Source of the DNA: Deltaproteobacteria bacterium
Lineage (GTDB): Bacteria > Desulfobacterota > Binatia > DP-6
Reading direction: 5' to 3'
Length of the DNA stretch: 64,000 nt
NCBI GenBank assembly: GCA_005879795.1
Contig: VBKJ01000127.1
Location: forward strand, 7,427-71,426
The position numbers were made by a program, and so were the translations under genes. Below, in pieces: positions 38,932-50,373 of this stretch (within the stretch, counting starts at the first letter, position 1; every line of letters starts with the position of its first letter). The notes beneath the pieces are model-generated. The model ran no database searches. It had not been told where the DNA came from and saw only the letters and a list, made by a program, of their open reading frames with translations.

Positions 38932-39113
38932 CCCCGCGCGGGCGAGCGCCGGCCGGCACGCACCGTGCTCTTGCGCAGCTTCTCCTCCAAGGCGGCGGCC
39001 ACGAACTCCATGACCGAGATGCCGTGTTGCACGCAGAACAGCTTGATCTCGCGGTGCAGGCCCTTGGGGATGCGGGTCGCGAGCTGGATGAGCACGTCGT
39101 CTTCCTTAGCCAT
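38928..39113 (-). CDS. Small ribbon-helix-helix DNA-binding protein
   Basis: AGGAGG RBS; alternating beta strand IQLATRIP, then two helices LHREIKLFC / GISVMEFVAAALEEKL. Confidence 0.75.
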   Translation of the reverse strand: MAKEDDVLIQLATRIPKGLHREIKLFCVQHGISVMEFVAAALEEKLRKSTVRAGRRSPARG

Positions 39114-39214
39114 GACCCCGGGACCTCCTGGGTCGCGCGCTCGGGCGCGACGAAGAGCTATTTAACTTAGAAGGGGGCTTGCCGCAAACGCGCGGGCGGG
39201 GGTCGGCCTCCTGG

Positions 39215-39663
39215 CTAGGAGCGGGGCGCCGTACGGTGGCCGAGCGCCTGCAGGTTGCCCTCGACCCTCTCGAGCTGCCGCGCCAGGTCGCGGATGTGAA
39301 GCTGCGCGCGCACCCGGGCGAGGAGCTCGATCCGGTTGATCGGCTTGGTCAGGAACTCGCTCACGCCGCGGTGCATACCCTCGAGGCGCACGTCAATGTC
39401 GTCACGGGCCGTGAGCAGGATGATGGGGATGCGCTTGCCCGCCTGGTGCAGCGCCTCACACACGGCGAAGCCGTCCATGCCGGGCATCATCACGTCGAGG
39501 AGGATCACGTCGATCGGCTCGGCGAGGGCGATGCGCACGGCTTCCTCGCCGGAGGCGGCGCGCCGGGTGTGGTAGCCGCTGCGCTCGAGCAGGTGGCCCA
39601 GGATCGTGCGGCAGTCGGCGTCGTCGTCGACGACCAGGATGGTCGCCTCCGCGGTGGTAGTCG

Positions 39664-39667
<4 letters not shown>
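39215..39667 (-). CDS. Stand-alone response regulator receiver with coiled-coil tail
   Basis: ILVVDDD, LLDVMMPGMDG, LLTA, TKP. Confidence 0.9.
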
Positions 39668-40680
<1,013 letters not shown>

Positions 40681-40820
40681 GACGTCCTTATCGGCAGTGT
40701 GCTAAAAAAGTAACAGGCGCTCTCCCGGGTCTCAATCAACGTGGCAGCCCTTGCCGGCACATGTTATGCGCTCCGCTGTGCCGGGACGTCGTCGCTTGCT
40801 ATATCGGCCGAGCGAGCCAA

Positions 40821-41582
40821 ATGGTTGAGGGCCTGCGCGGCGGGCGCCGTGCGGACGGCCGCCGGGCGGGGACGCTCCGACCGGTCAGGCTCACGCCCGG
40901 CTTCCTCCCGCCCGCCGAAGGGTCGGTGCTGATCGAGATGGGCTCGACGCGGGTCGTGTGCACGGCGACCGTGCAGGAGAGCGTGCCGCCCTTCCTGCGC
41001 GGCCAGGGGCGGGGCTGGGTCACCGCGGAGTACGCCATGTTGCCGCGCAGCGCGGGCGAGCGCATCGAGCGCGAGCGCCGCGGTCCGGGCGGGCGCACCC
41101 ACGAGATCCAGCGTCTGGTCGGGCGGAGCCTGCGGGCAGTCATGGATCTGACCGCCCTCGGCGAGCGCTCGATCCTGATCGACTGCGACGTGATCGAGGC
41201 CGACGGCGGGACGCGGACCGCGTCGATCACCGGCGGCTACGTGGCCCTCGTGCTCGCGCTCGAGCGCCTGCGCGCCGCCGGTGAGCTGCGCCGGCTGCCA
41301 CTCACCGGCAGCGTCGCCGCGGTGAGCGCCGGCATCGTCGATGGCCGCGTGCTCCTCGACCTCGCCTATGCCGAGGACAGCCGCGCGGAGGTCGACCTGA
41401 ACGTGGTCATGACCGGTGCCGGCCGCTACGTCGAGGTCCAGGGCACGGCCGAGGGGAAGCCGTTCACCGAGAGCCAGCTCGCGCGGCTGCTCGGGGTCGC
41501 GCGCGCGGGCGTGCGCGAGCTGACCGCGCTCCAGGGTGCGACGCTGCGCGAGGCGGGCGTCGTCCTCGCGAACCGCGGATGA
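40821..41582 (+). CDS. rph: Ribonuclease PH
   Basis: [51 protein letters not shown]. Confidence 0.97.
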   Translation: MVEGLRGGRRADGRRAGTLRPVRLTPGFLPPAEGSVLIEMGSTRVVCTATVQESVPPFLRGQGRGWVTAEYAMLPRSAGERIERERRGPGGRTHEIQRLVGRSLRAVMDLTALGERSILIDCDVIEADGGTRTASITGGYVALVLALERLRAAGELRRLPLTGSVAAVSAGIVDGRVLLDLAYAEDSRAEVDLNVVMTGAGRYVEVQGTAEGKPFTESQLARLLGVARAGVRELTALQGATLREAGVVLANRG

Positions 41583-42223
41583 TTCCGCCGCGGCTCGTGC
41601 TCGCCACGGCGAACCGCGGCAAGGGCGAGGAGCTGCGCGCGCTGGTGGCGGAATGGGGGTCGGTCGAGGCCCTCTCGCTCGCCGCTTTCCCGGGCGTCGT
41701 CGGCGCCGAGGAGACGGGCGGCTCCTACCTGGAGAACGCGCTCGCCAAGGCGAGGGCCGTGGCGTCCGCGACCGCCCTCCCGGCGCTCGCCGACGACTCG
41801 GGGCTCGAGGTGGAGGCCCTCGGCGGTGCGCCCGGGGTTTGCTCGGCGCGCTGGGCGCCGACCGACGCCGCGCGCGTGGCCCGTCTCCTGGCCGCGCTCG
41901 GTTCGGTGCCGCGGGCGGCGCGCCGCGCCTGCTTCCGCTGCGTGCTCGCCCTCGCCTGGCCGGGGGGCGACGCGGTGACCGCCCATGGCACGTGCCGCGG
42001 CTGGATCGCGACCGCCCCCAGCGGCGGCGGCGGCTTCGGCTACGATCCCGTGTTCGTCGCCGACGAGCTCGGCTGCTCCTTCGCCGCGGCCTCGCCTGCG
42101 GACAAGCAGCGCGTCAGCCACCGGGCACGCGCCGCGCGGGCGCTCGGCGCCCGACTCGCTGTCGTGAGCGCGCAACGTTGCGTGGAGCCGGGAGTCCGTG
42201 TTAGGGAGTCGGATCACCTTTGA
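41579..42223 (+). CDS. rdgB: Non-canonical purine NTP pyrophosphatase
   Basis: [24 protein letters not shown]; follows rph. Confidence 0.93.
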   Translation: MIPPRLVLATANRGKGEELRALVAEWGSVEALSLAAFPGVVGAEETGGSYLENALAKARAVASATALPALADDSGLEVEALGGAPGVCSARWAPTDAARVARLLAALGSVPRAARRACFRCVLALAWPGGDAVTAHGTCRGWIATAPSGGGGFGYDPVFVADELGCSFAAASPADKQRVSHRARAARALGARLAVVSAQRCVEPGVRVRESDHL

Positions 42224-42297
42224 CGGGGCGTAGCGCAGCCTGGAAGCGCACCTGCCTTGGGCGCAGGTGGTCGGCCGTTCGAATCGGCTCGCCCCGA
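42224..42297 (+). tRNA. tRNA-Pro(TGG)
   Basis: CGGGGCG/CGCCCCG acceptor; CCTGC-CTTGGGC-GCAGG anticodon arm; TTCGAAT; no encoded CCA. Confidence 0.95.
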
Positions 42298-42309
42298 CAT
42301 GGAACACCG

Positions 42310-42383
<74 letters not shown>

Positions 42384-42415
42384 CGTCGGTGACCGCACAC
42401 GAAGATGGAAACCAT

Positions 42416-42492
42416 GGTGAGTGTAGCTCAGTTGGCAGAGCACCGGGTTGTGGCCCCGGGGGTCGAGGGTTCAAGTCCCTTCACTCACCCCA
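42416..42492 (+). tRNA. tRNA-His(GTG)
   Basis: G-1 plus GTGAGTG/CACTCAC, C73, CCA; CCGGG-TTGTGGC-CCCGG. Confidence 0.95.
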
Positions 42493-42539
42493 GGCGCCGG
42501 TCGGAGGGCCGCGGCTAGCCGACGGTCCTTCGTCCCTTT

Positions 42540-42612
<73 letters not shown>

Positions 42613-42629
42613 CTCAGGAATATCACGTG

Positions 42630-42800
42630 GTTGCGGGCTGCGGCGCCGCGCAGCCGCAGCCAGGCGTGCAAGGTATCGCGCGCCCCGTTGCCGACGAACA
42701 CGGCGCGCTCGCGATTCCCCTTGCTGACCACGCGCCGCCGCCCCGAGTCGCGGTCATCGTCGGCCAGCTCGAGCGCGACGAGTCTCCGCGCCAGGAACCT
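42630..42800 (-). pseudogene. Tyrosine recombinase/integrase fragment
   Basis: LARRLVALELADDDRDSGRRRVVSKGNRERAVFVGNGARDTLHAWLRLRG resembles the segment after box I including the KG..R motif; next to a tRNA 3' end. Confidence 0.7.
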
Positions 42801-42883
42801 CTACGTGCACCGCGCCATCACCGGGGTCGGGCGGAGAAGGGGGTCGGACCGACGGCCGCGGACTCGCGGCACGACCAGCCGTG

Positions 42884-43162
42884 TCAGAACGAGGAGAGAC
42901 CGCTTCTGATGGCGTAGCGGACCAGCTCGGCCGTCGTACGGGTACCGAGCTTGCGCATCGCATTCGCCCGGTGGGTCTTCACCGTCGTCGATGCTCACAA
43001 AGAGCCTCGCCGCGATTTCCTGGAGCCGTCTCCCTTCGCTGATGAGCTGGACAACCTCCCGCTCACGGGCGCTCAGGAGGGTCCTCTGTTCGCCACCCTC
43101 GACGACACGGTTGGCGAGCAGGCGAGCGACGGCGGGCGAGAAGTAGCTGTGGCCGCGGGCCG
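42884..43162 (-). pseudogene. NarL/LuxR regulator C-terminal remnant, frameshifted
   Basis: ARGHSYFSPAVARLLANR..LLSAREREVVQLISEGRRLQEIAARLFVSI, extra base near 42990, then TTVKTHRANAMRKLGTRTTAELVRYAIRSGLSSF*. Confidence 0.9.
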
Positions 43163-44361
43163 CATACCAACGTCGCTCACGAGCACGTCCGCCTTCCAGC
43201 GGGCGAGGATGTCGCGGGCATGCTCAGCGGAGGCGGCCTCTCGAACGTCTGCGCCGCAGGACGCGAGCAAGTTCCCCACGGCCTCGTTCGAGTCGGGCTC
43301 GTCATCGACAAGCAGGATTCGCAGCCCATCGAGCCGTTGCAGAGGCCCGTTCCCGGCAACCCCAGCCGTCGGATGGCGGCGCTCCGCCTCGCCCGCCGTC
43401 CGCGCCATCATCAGCGGGAGCTTCACGGTGAACACGGCACCCTGGCCCGGGCCGGGACTCTCCGCGTGGACGCTTCCGCCGTGCGCCTCCACGAGGTGCC
43501 GGACGATGGCGAGCCCGAGGCCGAGGCCGCCGTGTGCGCGGCTCGGTCCCATCTCGGCCTGTCGGAACCGCTCGAACACGCAGGGCAGGAACGCCGGGTC
43601 GATGCCCTGCCCGGTATCACTCACCGCGATCTCGATGTGCGAGTTCACCGGCTCCAGCACGACCTGAACGCGACCGCCCTTCGGCGTGAACTTGATCGCG
43701 TTCGAGAGCAGATTCCAAAGGACCTGCTGCAGCCGCTCGGCGTCGCCCAGAACCGCGCCGACCCCGGTGTCGACCACCATCTCCAGCCGAACGCCCTTCG
43801 CGTCGGCGGCCGGCCGCACGATGTCCACCGCCTTCTCGATGACCGGCGCGACCATCACCGGCCGCACGTCCAGGCGCATCTTCCCCGCGACGATGCGCGA
43901 TACGTCGAGGAGGTCCTCGATGAGCTGCGCCTGGCTGCGCGCACTCCGCTCGATCACTTCCATCCCATGGGCAACCCTGTCGGAACCGAGGATGCCTTGT
44001 TGCAGCATTCGCGCCCAGGTCAGGATCGCGGAGACTTCATCAGGCTGAAGACGGCGAGCCCGATGAAGTCGCTGGGGTCATCCACCCGCAACGAACCGAG
44101 CGGTGGGAGGAACAGGAGCGCGCACACCGCCGACACGGCGGTCGCGACCAGCCCGGCACCGAGCCCACCCAACCACGCCGCCAAGGCGACGGCTGGGTAG
44201 AACATCATGTAGGGGAGCTTGCTGCCCCAGATCGGGTCCAGCGCGTAGCGGGCGAAGGCGGCGACAAGCGCGGCGGACACGGCCACGAGGTAGGAAACGG
44301 TCCGAGGTAGTCGGCGCGCGCGGGCGTTCTGCGCCTCCGTGATTTCGCTCCGCAAACTCAT
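43163..44361 (-). pseudogene. Hybrid histidine kinase remnant (DUF4118-like membrane part, H-box deleted, HATPase, truncated receiver)
   Basis: Membrane ORF 44020-44376 joins out of frame to AILTWARML, which normally follows the H-box; NLLSNAIKFT, DTGQG, GLGLG present; receiver ends at SDVGM. Confidence 0.8.
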
Positions 44362-44458
44362 CACCCCACCTCTCACGGGCTCCTTACGTGAGTGCAGGGC
44401 GTGAGCCGCCGCTCAGGGGAGCCGCGCGAACGGATCGGCCGACCAGCCGAGCACGGCC

Positions 44459-46252
44459 CTATACCCCCAAACAACCCGATCCACAAGAACAAGTAGAAAA
44501 GGAGGGCACTGCCCCCTGCTCGCCGACGGCATCCTTCGCCTCGGGCCCGCGGGTGAGATCCAGGGTGAACGACAACGTGCTGCCACGGCCCACCGTGCTC
44601 TCCAGTCGGAGCTCACCGCCCATCAGCTCTACCAGCCGGCGCGAGATCGTGAGTCCGAGACCCGTTCCGCCGTACTTCCGTGTCGTGCTGCCGTCGGCCT
44701 GCGTGAAGCTCTCGAACACGGCGGTCTGGCGCTCGGGCGCGATGCCGATGCCGGTGTCGCGCACCGCGAACAGAACGGCGACGTGTGACGGGGTCTCGCG
44801 GACTGCGCGGGCCTCGATCGCGACCTGGCCGCGCTCGGTGAACTTGATCGCGTTCTCCACGAGGTTCGTGAGCACCTGCCGGAGCCGACCCGCGTCACCG
44901 GCGAGCTCGCGGTGCAGGCCCGCATCGACACGGCAGGCGAGCGCGAGACCCTTCGCGGCGGCGGAGGGCTCGAGCAGGTGGGCGATCTCGCGGATCGTTG
45001 CGCCGACATCCAGCGGGCCGCTCTCGATCCCGAGCTTGCCTGCCTCGATCTTCGAGAGATCGAGGATGTCGTTGATGATGGCGAGGAGTGCCACCGCCGC
45101 GGAGCGTGCGCGCCCCAGATACTCCCGGGCTTCCGGCTCGAGGTTGGTGTCGAGCGCCATGTCGGTCATGCCGATGAAGACGTGCATGGGCGACCGGATC
45201 TCGTGGCTCGTGTTCGCGAGGAAGTCCGACTTCGCCCGAGTCGCCGCCAGCGCCGTATCGCGCGCCTCCGCGAGATCGCGCATGTAGACGGCCCGCTCGT
45301 GCTCGGCGCGCTTGCGCTCGCCGACGTCGCGCCAGTTGATGACTATGCCGCGGACGGCGGGGTAGTCGAGGAGATTTCTCCCGACGGCCTCGATGTCGCA
45401 CCACGTGCCGTCCTTGCGCCGGGAGCGACACTCCATCGAGGCCGTCTCGCGGGCACCGAGCGCGAGTGAGCGAACGCGTGCGACGTCGTCGGGATGGATA
45501 TAATCGAGCACAGGGCGGCCGATCAGCTCTCCCGGCCGGTAGCCGAGCACGCGCTCGATCGATGGGCTCTCGTAGAGGATGCTGCCGGCGGCATCGACGA
45601 TCGTGATGGTATCCGAGCCCCGTTCGATGAGCGCCCGGAAGCGCTCCTCGCTGGCCCGCAGCGCACCCTCGGCGTCGTCTCGCTCGGCGCGGTAGTGCTG
45701 CAGCTGATACGCGATGTAGATCGACACGAGGTACGCGATGGCGATCCCGGTCAGCAGATGGACGCTCACGTTGCCGAACGTGCCGTAGACCAGGAGCCAC
45801 CCGACGGCGGCGGAGAGACCCGCCGCCAGGAGTGTGATCAGCTGCCACCAGGGGCCCCACGGCATCGTCGTCGCCGTCGCGAACGCGATTGCGAGATCGG
45901 TGACGAGCTGAGTCTGGGCGTCGTTGCGGAGATAGCCGCTGATCGCGGAGGTGATGTAGATGCCGCTGACGAGGGTGACGCCGACCGCGATGGCGGGGCG
46001 GGGGGGCGGGCGCCGCCGGTTCACCACCGCGCCGCCGCCAATGAGCAGGAACTCGACGAGACGGACGAGATGCAAGGATACCGGTCCGCCGTTCGGCAGC
46101 CGGAAGTCCTGTATGGTCAGAACCGTGACCGCGACGAAGAAGGCCCAGAGACCGGCGCGTCCGCGAGCGTGGAGATGATCGAAGTTCCGGTCGTCCGCCG
46201 ACCCGCCCGCTTCGGTTCGGACGGGCGGCGTCTTCGCGGCGGCGATCGTCAT
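44459..46252 (-). CDS. Membrane-bound PAS histidine kinase (BarA/EvgS-type transmitter, no receiver)
   Basis: About 5 TM segments, PAS (IHPDD), FLANTSHEIRSPM, NAIKFT, FTQADGSTTRKYGGTGLGL. Confidence 0.88.
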   Translation of the reverse strand: MTIAAAKTPPVRTEAGGSADDRNFDHLHARGRAGLWAFFVAVTVLTIQDFRLPNGGPVSLHLVRLVEFLLIGGGAVVNRRRPPPRPAIAVGVTLVSGIYITSAISGYLRNDAQTQLVTDLAIAFATATTMPWGPWWQLITLLAAGLSAAVGWLLVYGTFGNVSVHLLTGIAIAYLVSIYIAYQLQHYRAERDDAEGALRASEERFRALIERGSDTITIVDAAGSILYESPSIERVLGYRPGELIGRPVLDYIHPDDVARVRSLALGARETASMECRSRRKDGTWCDIEAVGRNLLDYPAVRGIVINWRDVGERKRAEHERAVYMRDLAEARDTALAATRAKSDFLANTSHEIRSPMHVFIGMTDMALDTNLEPEAREYLGRARSAAVALLAIINDILDLSKIEAGKLGIESGPLDVGATIREIAHLLEPSAAAKGLALACRVDAGLHRELAGDAGRLRQVLTNLVENAIKFTERGQVAIEARAVRETPSHVAVLFAVRDTGIGIAPERQTAVFESFTQADGSTTRKYGGTGLGLTISRRLVELMGGELRLESTVGRGSTLSFTLDLTRGPEAKDAVGEQGAVPSFSTCSCGSGCLGV

Positions 46253-46379
46253 CTTTTTGTCGCTCGAATCCCGTCTGCCTGCGCGGGCGGCAAGTCCCCA
46301 TTCGACTGCCGCCGCGAAAAGCAATGCTCGTGCCGGGGTCCGATCGCGGTGCGTCGCGGCGGGGTGTCTTCGGATCGGG

Positions 46380-46943
46380 TCATCGGGTGCCGCCCGGGGG
46401 CAACGCGCGTAGGAGGACGTCCTCCCCGCACAGCGCGGCGATCTCACTCCGGAACGCCGCGAGCACGGTCGGCTGACCCGGCAGCTCGGCGACGGGCGCG
46501 ACGCAGCCCATGCGTCTCGCCGCCCGCTCGACCGTGATGCGCACGCGCTCACCGTCGGGCTCGAGCACGATCGGCCAGTGGCGGCAGGCGGAGGGCTTGA
46601 AGGCCGCCACCCGCCGGCCCGTGCGCAGCGCCACGCTGTGAATCGCGCACAGCGCGTGGGCGCGGGTGCGGAAGAGGAACGGGCAGCTGCCGTCGGCGCG
46701 GGACTCGATCAGCATGTCGGGAGGATCGTCGACGAAGACGTTCTCGAAGCCCTGACCGTCGCGCAGCCCCGGTGCGAGACGCGCGAGCTCGTCCATCAGC
46801 GTGTCGATGGCGCGGACCTCGCGCCTCGAGACCTCGACCACGAGCCCGACGCAGCACGTGCGGCCGCGCGGGCAGCCATCGGGGTAGCAGCGGTAGCCGA
46901 GCTCGGTGAGCGAGGGGTCGAGCACGAAGCGCAGCGCACGCAT
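46380..46943 (-). CDS. Cys-cluster protein (DUF3109/YkgJ-like)
   Basis: C..C....CC, CPFL, CAIH, KPSACRHWP. Confidence 0.75.
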   Translation of the reverse strand: MRALRFVLDPSLTELGYRCYPDGCPRGRTCCVGLVVEVSRREVRAIDTLMDELARLAPGLRDGQGFENVFVDDPPDMLIESRADGSCPFLFRTRAHALCAIHSVALRTGRRVAAFKPSACRHWPIVLEPDGERVRITVERAARRMGCVAPVAELPGQPTVLAAFRSEIAALCGEDVLLRALPPGGTR

Positions 46944-47032
46944 GGACGATGCGATGCATACCATCGGAATAGGAGGGCGGGCGAAGGAGCTTGTCTCGGC
47001 CCGGGGCCGTTGTTATGGGTGGGCCCACGGAC

Positions 47033-47112
47033 GCGAGAGTGGCGGAACTGGTAGACGCACGAGACTTAGGATCTCGCGGGCAACCGTGGGGGTTCGAGTC
47101 CCCCCTCTCGCA
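47033..47112 (+). tRNA. tRNA-Leu(TAG)
   Basis: GCGAGAG/CTCTCGC acceptor; CGAGA-CTTAGGA-TCTCG; extended variable arm. Confidence 0.95.
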
Positions 47113-47138
47113 CGCGAGACCCCGGTGCGCGTGACGTG

Positions 47139-48464
47139 ATGGACCAGTCCACGGCGACGCTCGAGGACCTGACCCCGGTCCGCAAGCGCCTCGAGGTCGA
47201 GGTGCCCGCGGCCGCGGTGCAGGCCGAGCTCGACCGCACCTTCCACGAGGTCGGTCGGCGGGCGCGGCTGCGCGGCTTCCGCCCGGGCAAGGCCCCCCGC
47301 CCCGTGCTCGAGCGCGCGTTCGGCGAGGAGGTGCGGCGCGAGGTGCTGGGGCGGCTGGTGGAGGCCTCCTTTCATCGTGCGGTCGAGACGCACGGGCTGG
47401 CGGTCGTCGGCACCCCCGACATCGACGCAGAGCCGATCACGCCGGGCGCGGCGCTGCGCTACTCGGCCACCGTCGAGGTGCGCCCCGCGATCGCGCTCGG
47501 CGACTTGGGCGGCCTTCAGGTCGTGCGGCCCGCGACGCGCGTGAGCGACGCGGACGTCGAGCAGACCATCGGCGGGCTGAGGGAGTCCGTCGCCCAGCTC
47601 CGCCCGGTGGAGGACCGCGCACGGGTCGAAGCGGGGGACGTGGTGCTCGTCGACCTGACCAGCCGCCTCGAGGGCGGCGAGCCCGTGCGCCGCGAGGGCG
47701 TCCTCCTCGAGGCGGGCTCGGGCAGCTTCCCGCTCGCCCTCGAGCGCCAGCTCGTGGGCCAGAGCCGCGGCGCCCGGCTCGCGCTGCGCGTCCCGTATCC
47801 CGCGGACCATCCCAACACGGGGCTCGCCGGGAAGACCGCCGAGTTCGAGGTGGAGGTCAAGGAGCTGCGGGTGAAGGAGCTGCCGCCGCTCGACGACGAC
47901 TTCGCCCGCGACCACGGCAAGTGCGAGTCGCTCGCGGCGCTGCGCGCGCGTGTGCGGGCGGACCTCGAGCAGGAAGCCGCGACGCGCGCGGACGCCGCCG
48001 TTCGCGAGGCGCTCATCGATCAGCTGCTCGCGCGCCACACCTTCGACGTGCCCTCGACGCTCGTCGAGCGCCGGACCGAGGCGCTCCTTCAGACCCTCGA
48101 CCTCCGGTTGCCCGAGGGCGCGGAGCGCGAGCAGGCGCTCGCGCGCCTCCGGGAGCAGCTCCGGCCGCGCGCGGAGCGGCAGGTGCGGACCGAGCTCCTG
48201 CTCGACGCGCTCGCGGCGCGCGACGGGATCGCGGTGAACGACGACGAGCTCCATGCGGAGGTCGATGGCATCGCGGCGCGCGAGCGGCAGGTGGTTGAGC
48301 GCGTGCGCGCCTTCTACGAGCGTCCCGAGGCGCGCGCCGCGCTGCGGGCGAAGCTGGTGCGTGATCGCGCCCTTGCAGGGGTGCTCGCTGCTGCAAGAGT
48401 CATGCCGTCATCACCGGCGGAAAGCGTTGCCCATGAAAACCAAACCCGGTACAATCCGCGCTAG
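47139..48464 (+). CDS. tig: Trigger factor
   Basis: GFRPGKAP ribosome-binding motif, FKBP-like core, upstream of clpP. Confidence 0.95.
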   Translation: MDQSTATLEDLTPVRKRLEVEVPAAAVQAELDRTFHEVGRRARLRGFRPGKAPRPVLERAFGEEVRREVLGRLVEASFHRAVETHGLAVVGTPDIDAEPITPGAALRYSATVEVRPAIALGDLGGLQVVRPATRVSDADVEQTIGGLRESVAQLRPVEDRARVEAGDVVLVDLTSRLEGGEPVRREGVLLEAGSGSFPLALERQLVGQSRGARLALRVPYPADHPNTGLAGKTAEFEVEVKELRVKELPPLDDDFARDHGKCESLAALRARVRADLEQEAATRADAAVREALIDQLLARHTFDVPSTLVERRTEALLQTLDLRLPEGAEREQALARLREQLRPRAERQVRTELLLDALAARDGIAVNDDELHAEVDGIAARERQVVERVRAFYERPEARAALRAKLVRDRALAGVLAAARVMPSSPAESVAHENQTRYNPR

Positions 48465-48486
48465 CAGCGACGAAGCGGCCCCGCCC

Positions 48487-49095
48487 ATGCACGCCAATCT
48501 CGTTCCCATCGTCATCGAGCAGACCGGTCGCGGCGAGCGGGCCTACGACATCTACTCGCGCCTCCTGCGCGACCGGATCGTGATCCTGGGTGCCCCGATC
48601 GGGGACGACCTCGCCAACCTGGTCGTGGCCCAGCTCCTCTTCCTCGAGTCCGAGGACCCGGAGAAGGACATCTACATGTACATCAACTCTCCGGGGGGCT
48701 CGGTGACCGCCGGCCTCGCGATCTACGACACCATGCAGTACATCAAGCCCGAGGTGGCGACCCTGTGCGTGGGGCAGGCGGCCAGCATGGCCGCGTGGCT
48801 GCTCGCGGCGGGGACCAAGAGCAAGCGCTTCGCGCTGCCCCACGCCCGTATCATGATCCACCAGCCGCTCGGCGGGGTGCAGGGCCAGGCGGCCGACATC
48901 GACATCCAGGCGCGCGAGATCATCCGGCTGCGCGAGCAGATGAACAACATCCTGGTCAAGCACACCGGGCAGAGCCTCAAGAAGATCGAGAAGGACACCG
49001 ACCGGGACCTCTTCCTGACCGGCAAGCAGGCGGTCGAGTACGGACTCGTCGACGAGGTCATCGTGACCCGGCCGGGCAAGCTCACGAAGGCGTAG
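48487..49095 (+). CDS. clpP: ATP-dependent Clp protease proteolytic subunit
   Basis: [28 protein letters not shown]. Confidence 0.98.
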   Translation: MHANLVPIVIEQTGRGERAYDIYSRLLRDRIVILGAPIGDDLANLVVAQLLFLESEDPEKDIYMYINSPGGSVTAGLAIYDTMQYIKPEVATLCVGQAASMAAWLLAAGTKSKRFALPHARIMIHQPLGGVQGQAADIDIQAREIIRLREQMNNILVKHTGQSLKKIEKDTDRDLFLTGKQAVEYGLVDEVIVTRPGKLTKA

Positions 49096-49104
49096 GGGGG
49101 CCTC

Positions 49105-50358
<1,254 letters not shown>

Positions 50359-50373
50359 GGGAACGGGGGACGA

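Noticed and set aside
38928..39113. Toxin-antitoxin module
   Set aside because: RHH protein is present but no adjacent toxin-like ORF.
40742..40754. TGGCA..TTGC as a sigma-54 promoter near the activator gene
   Set aside because: GG-to-GC spacing is 8 nt rather than the required 10.
47021..47028. GGGCCCAC as attR of the tRNA-Lys islet
   Set aside because: The match to the tRNA 3' end is too short to matter at this GC content.
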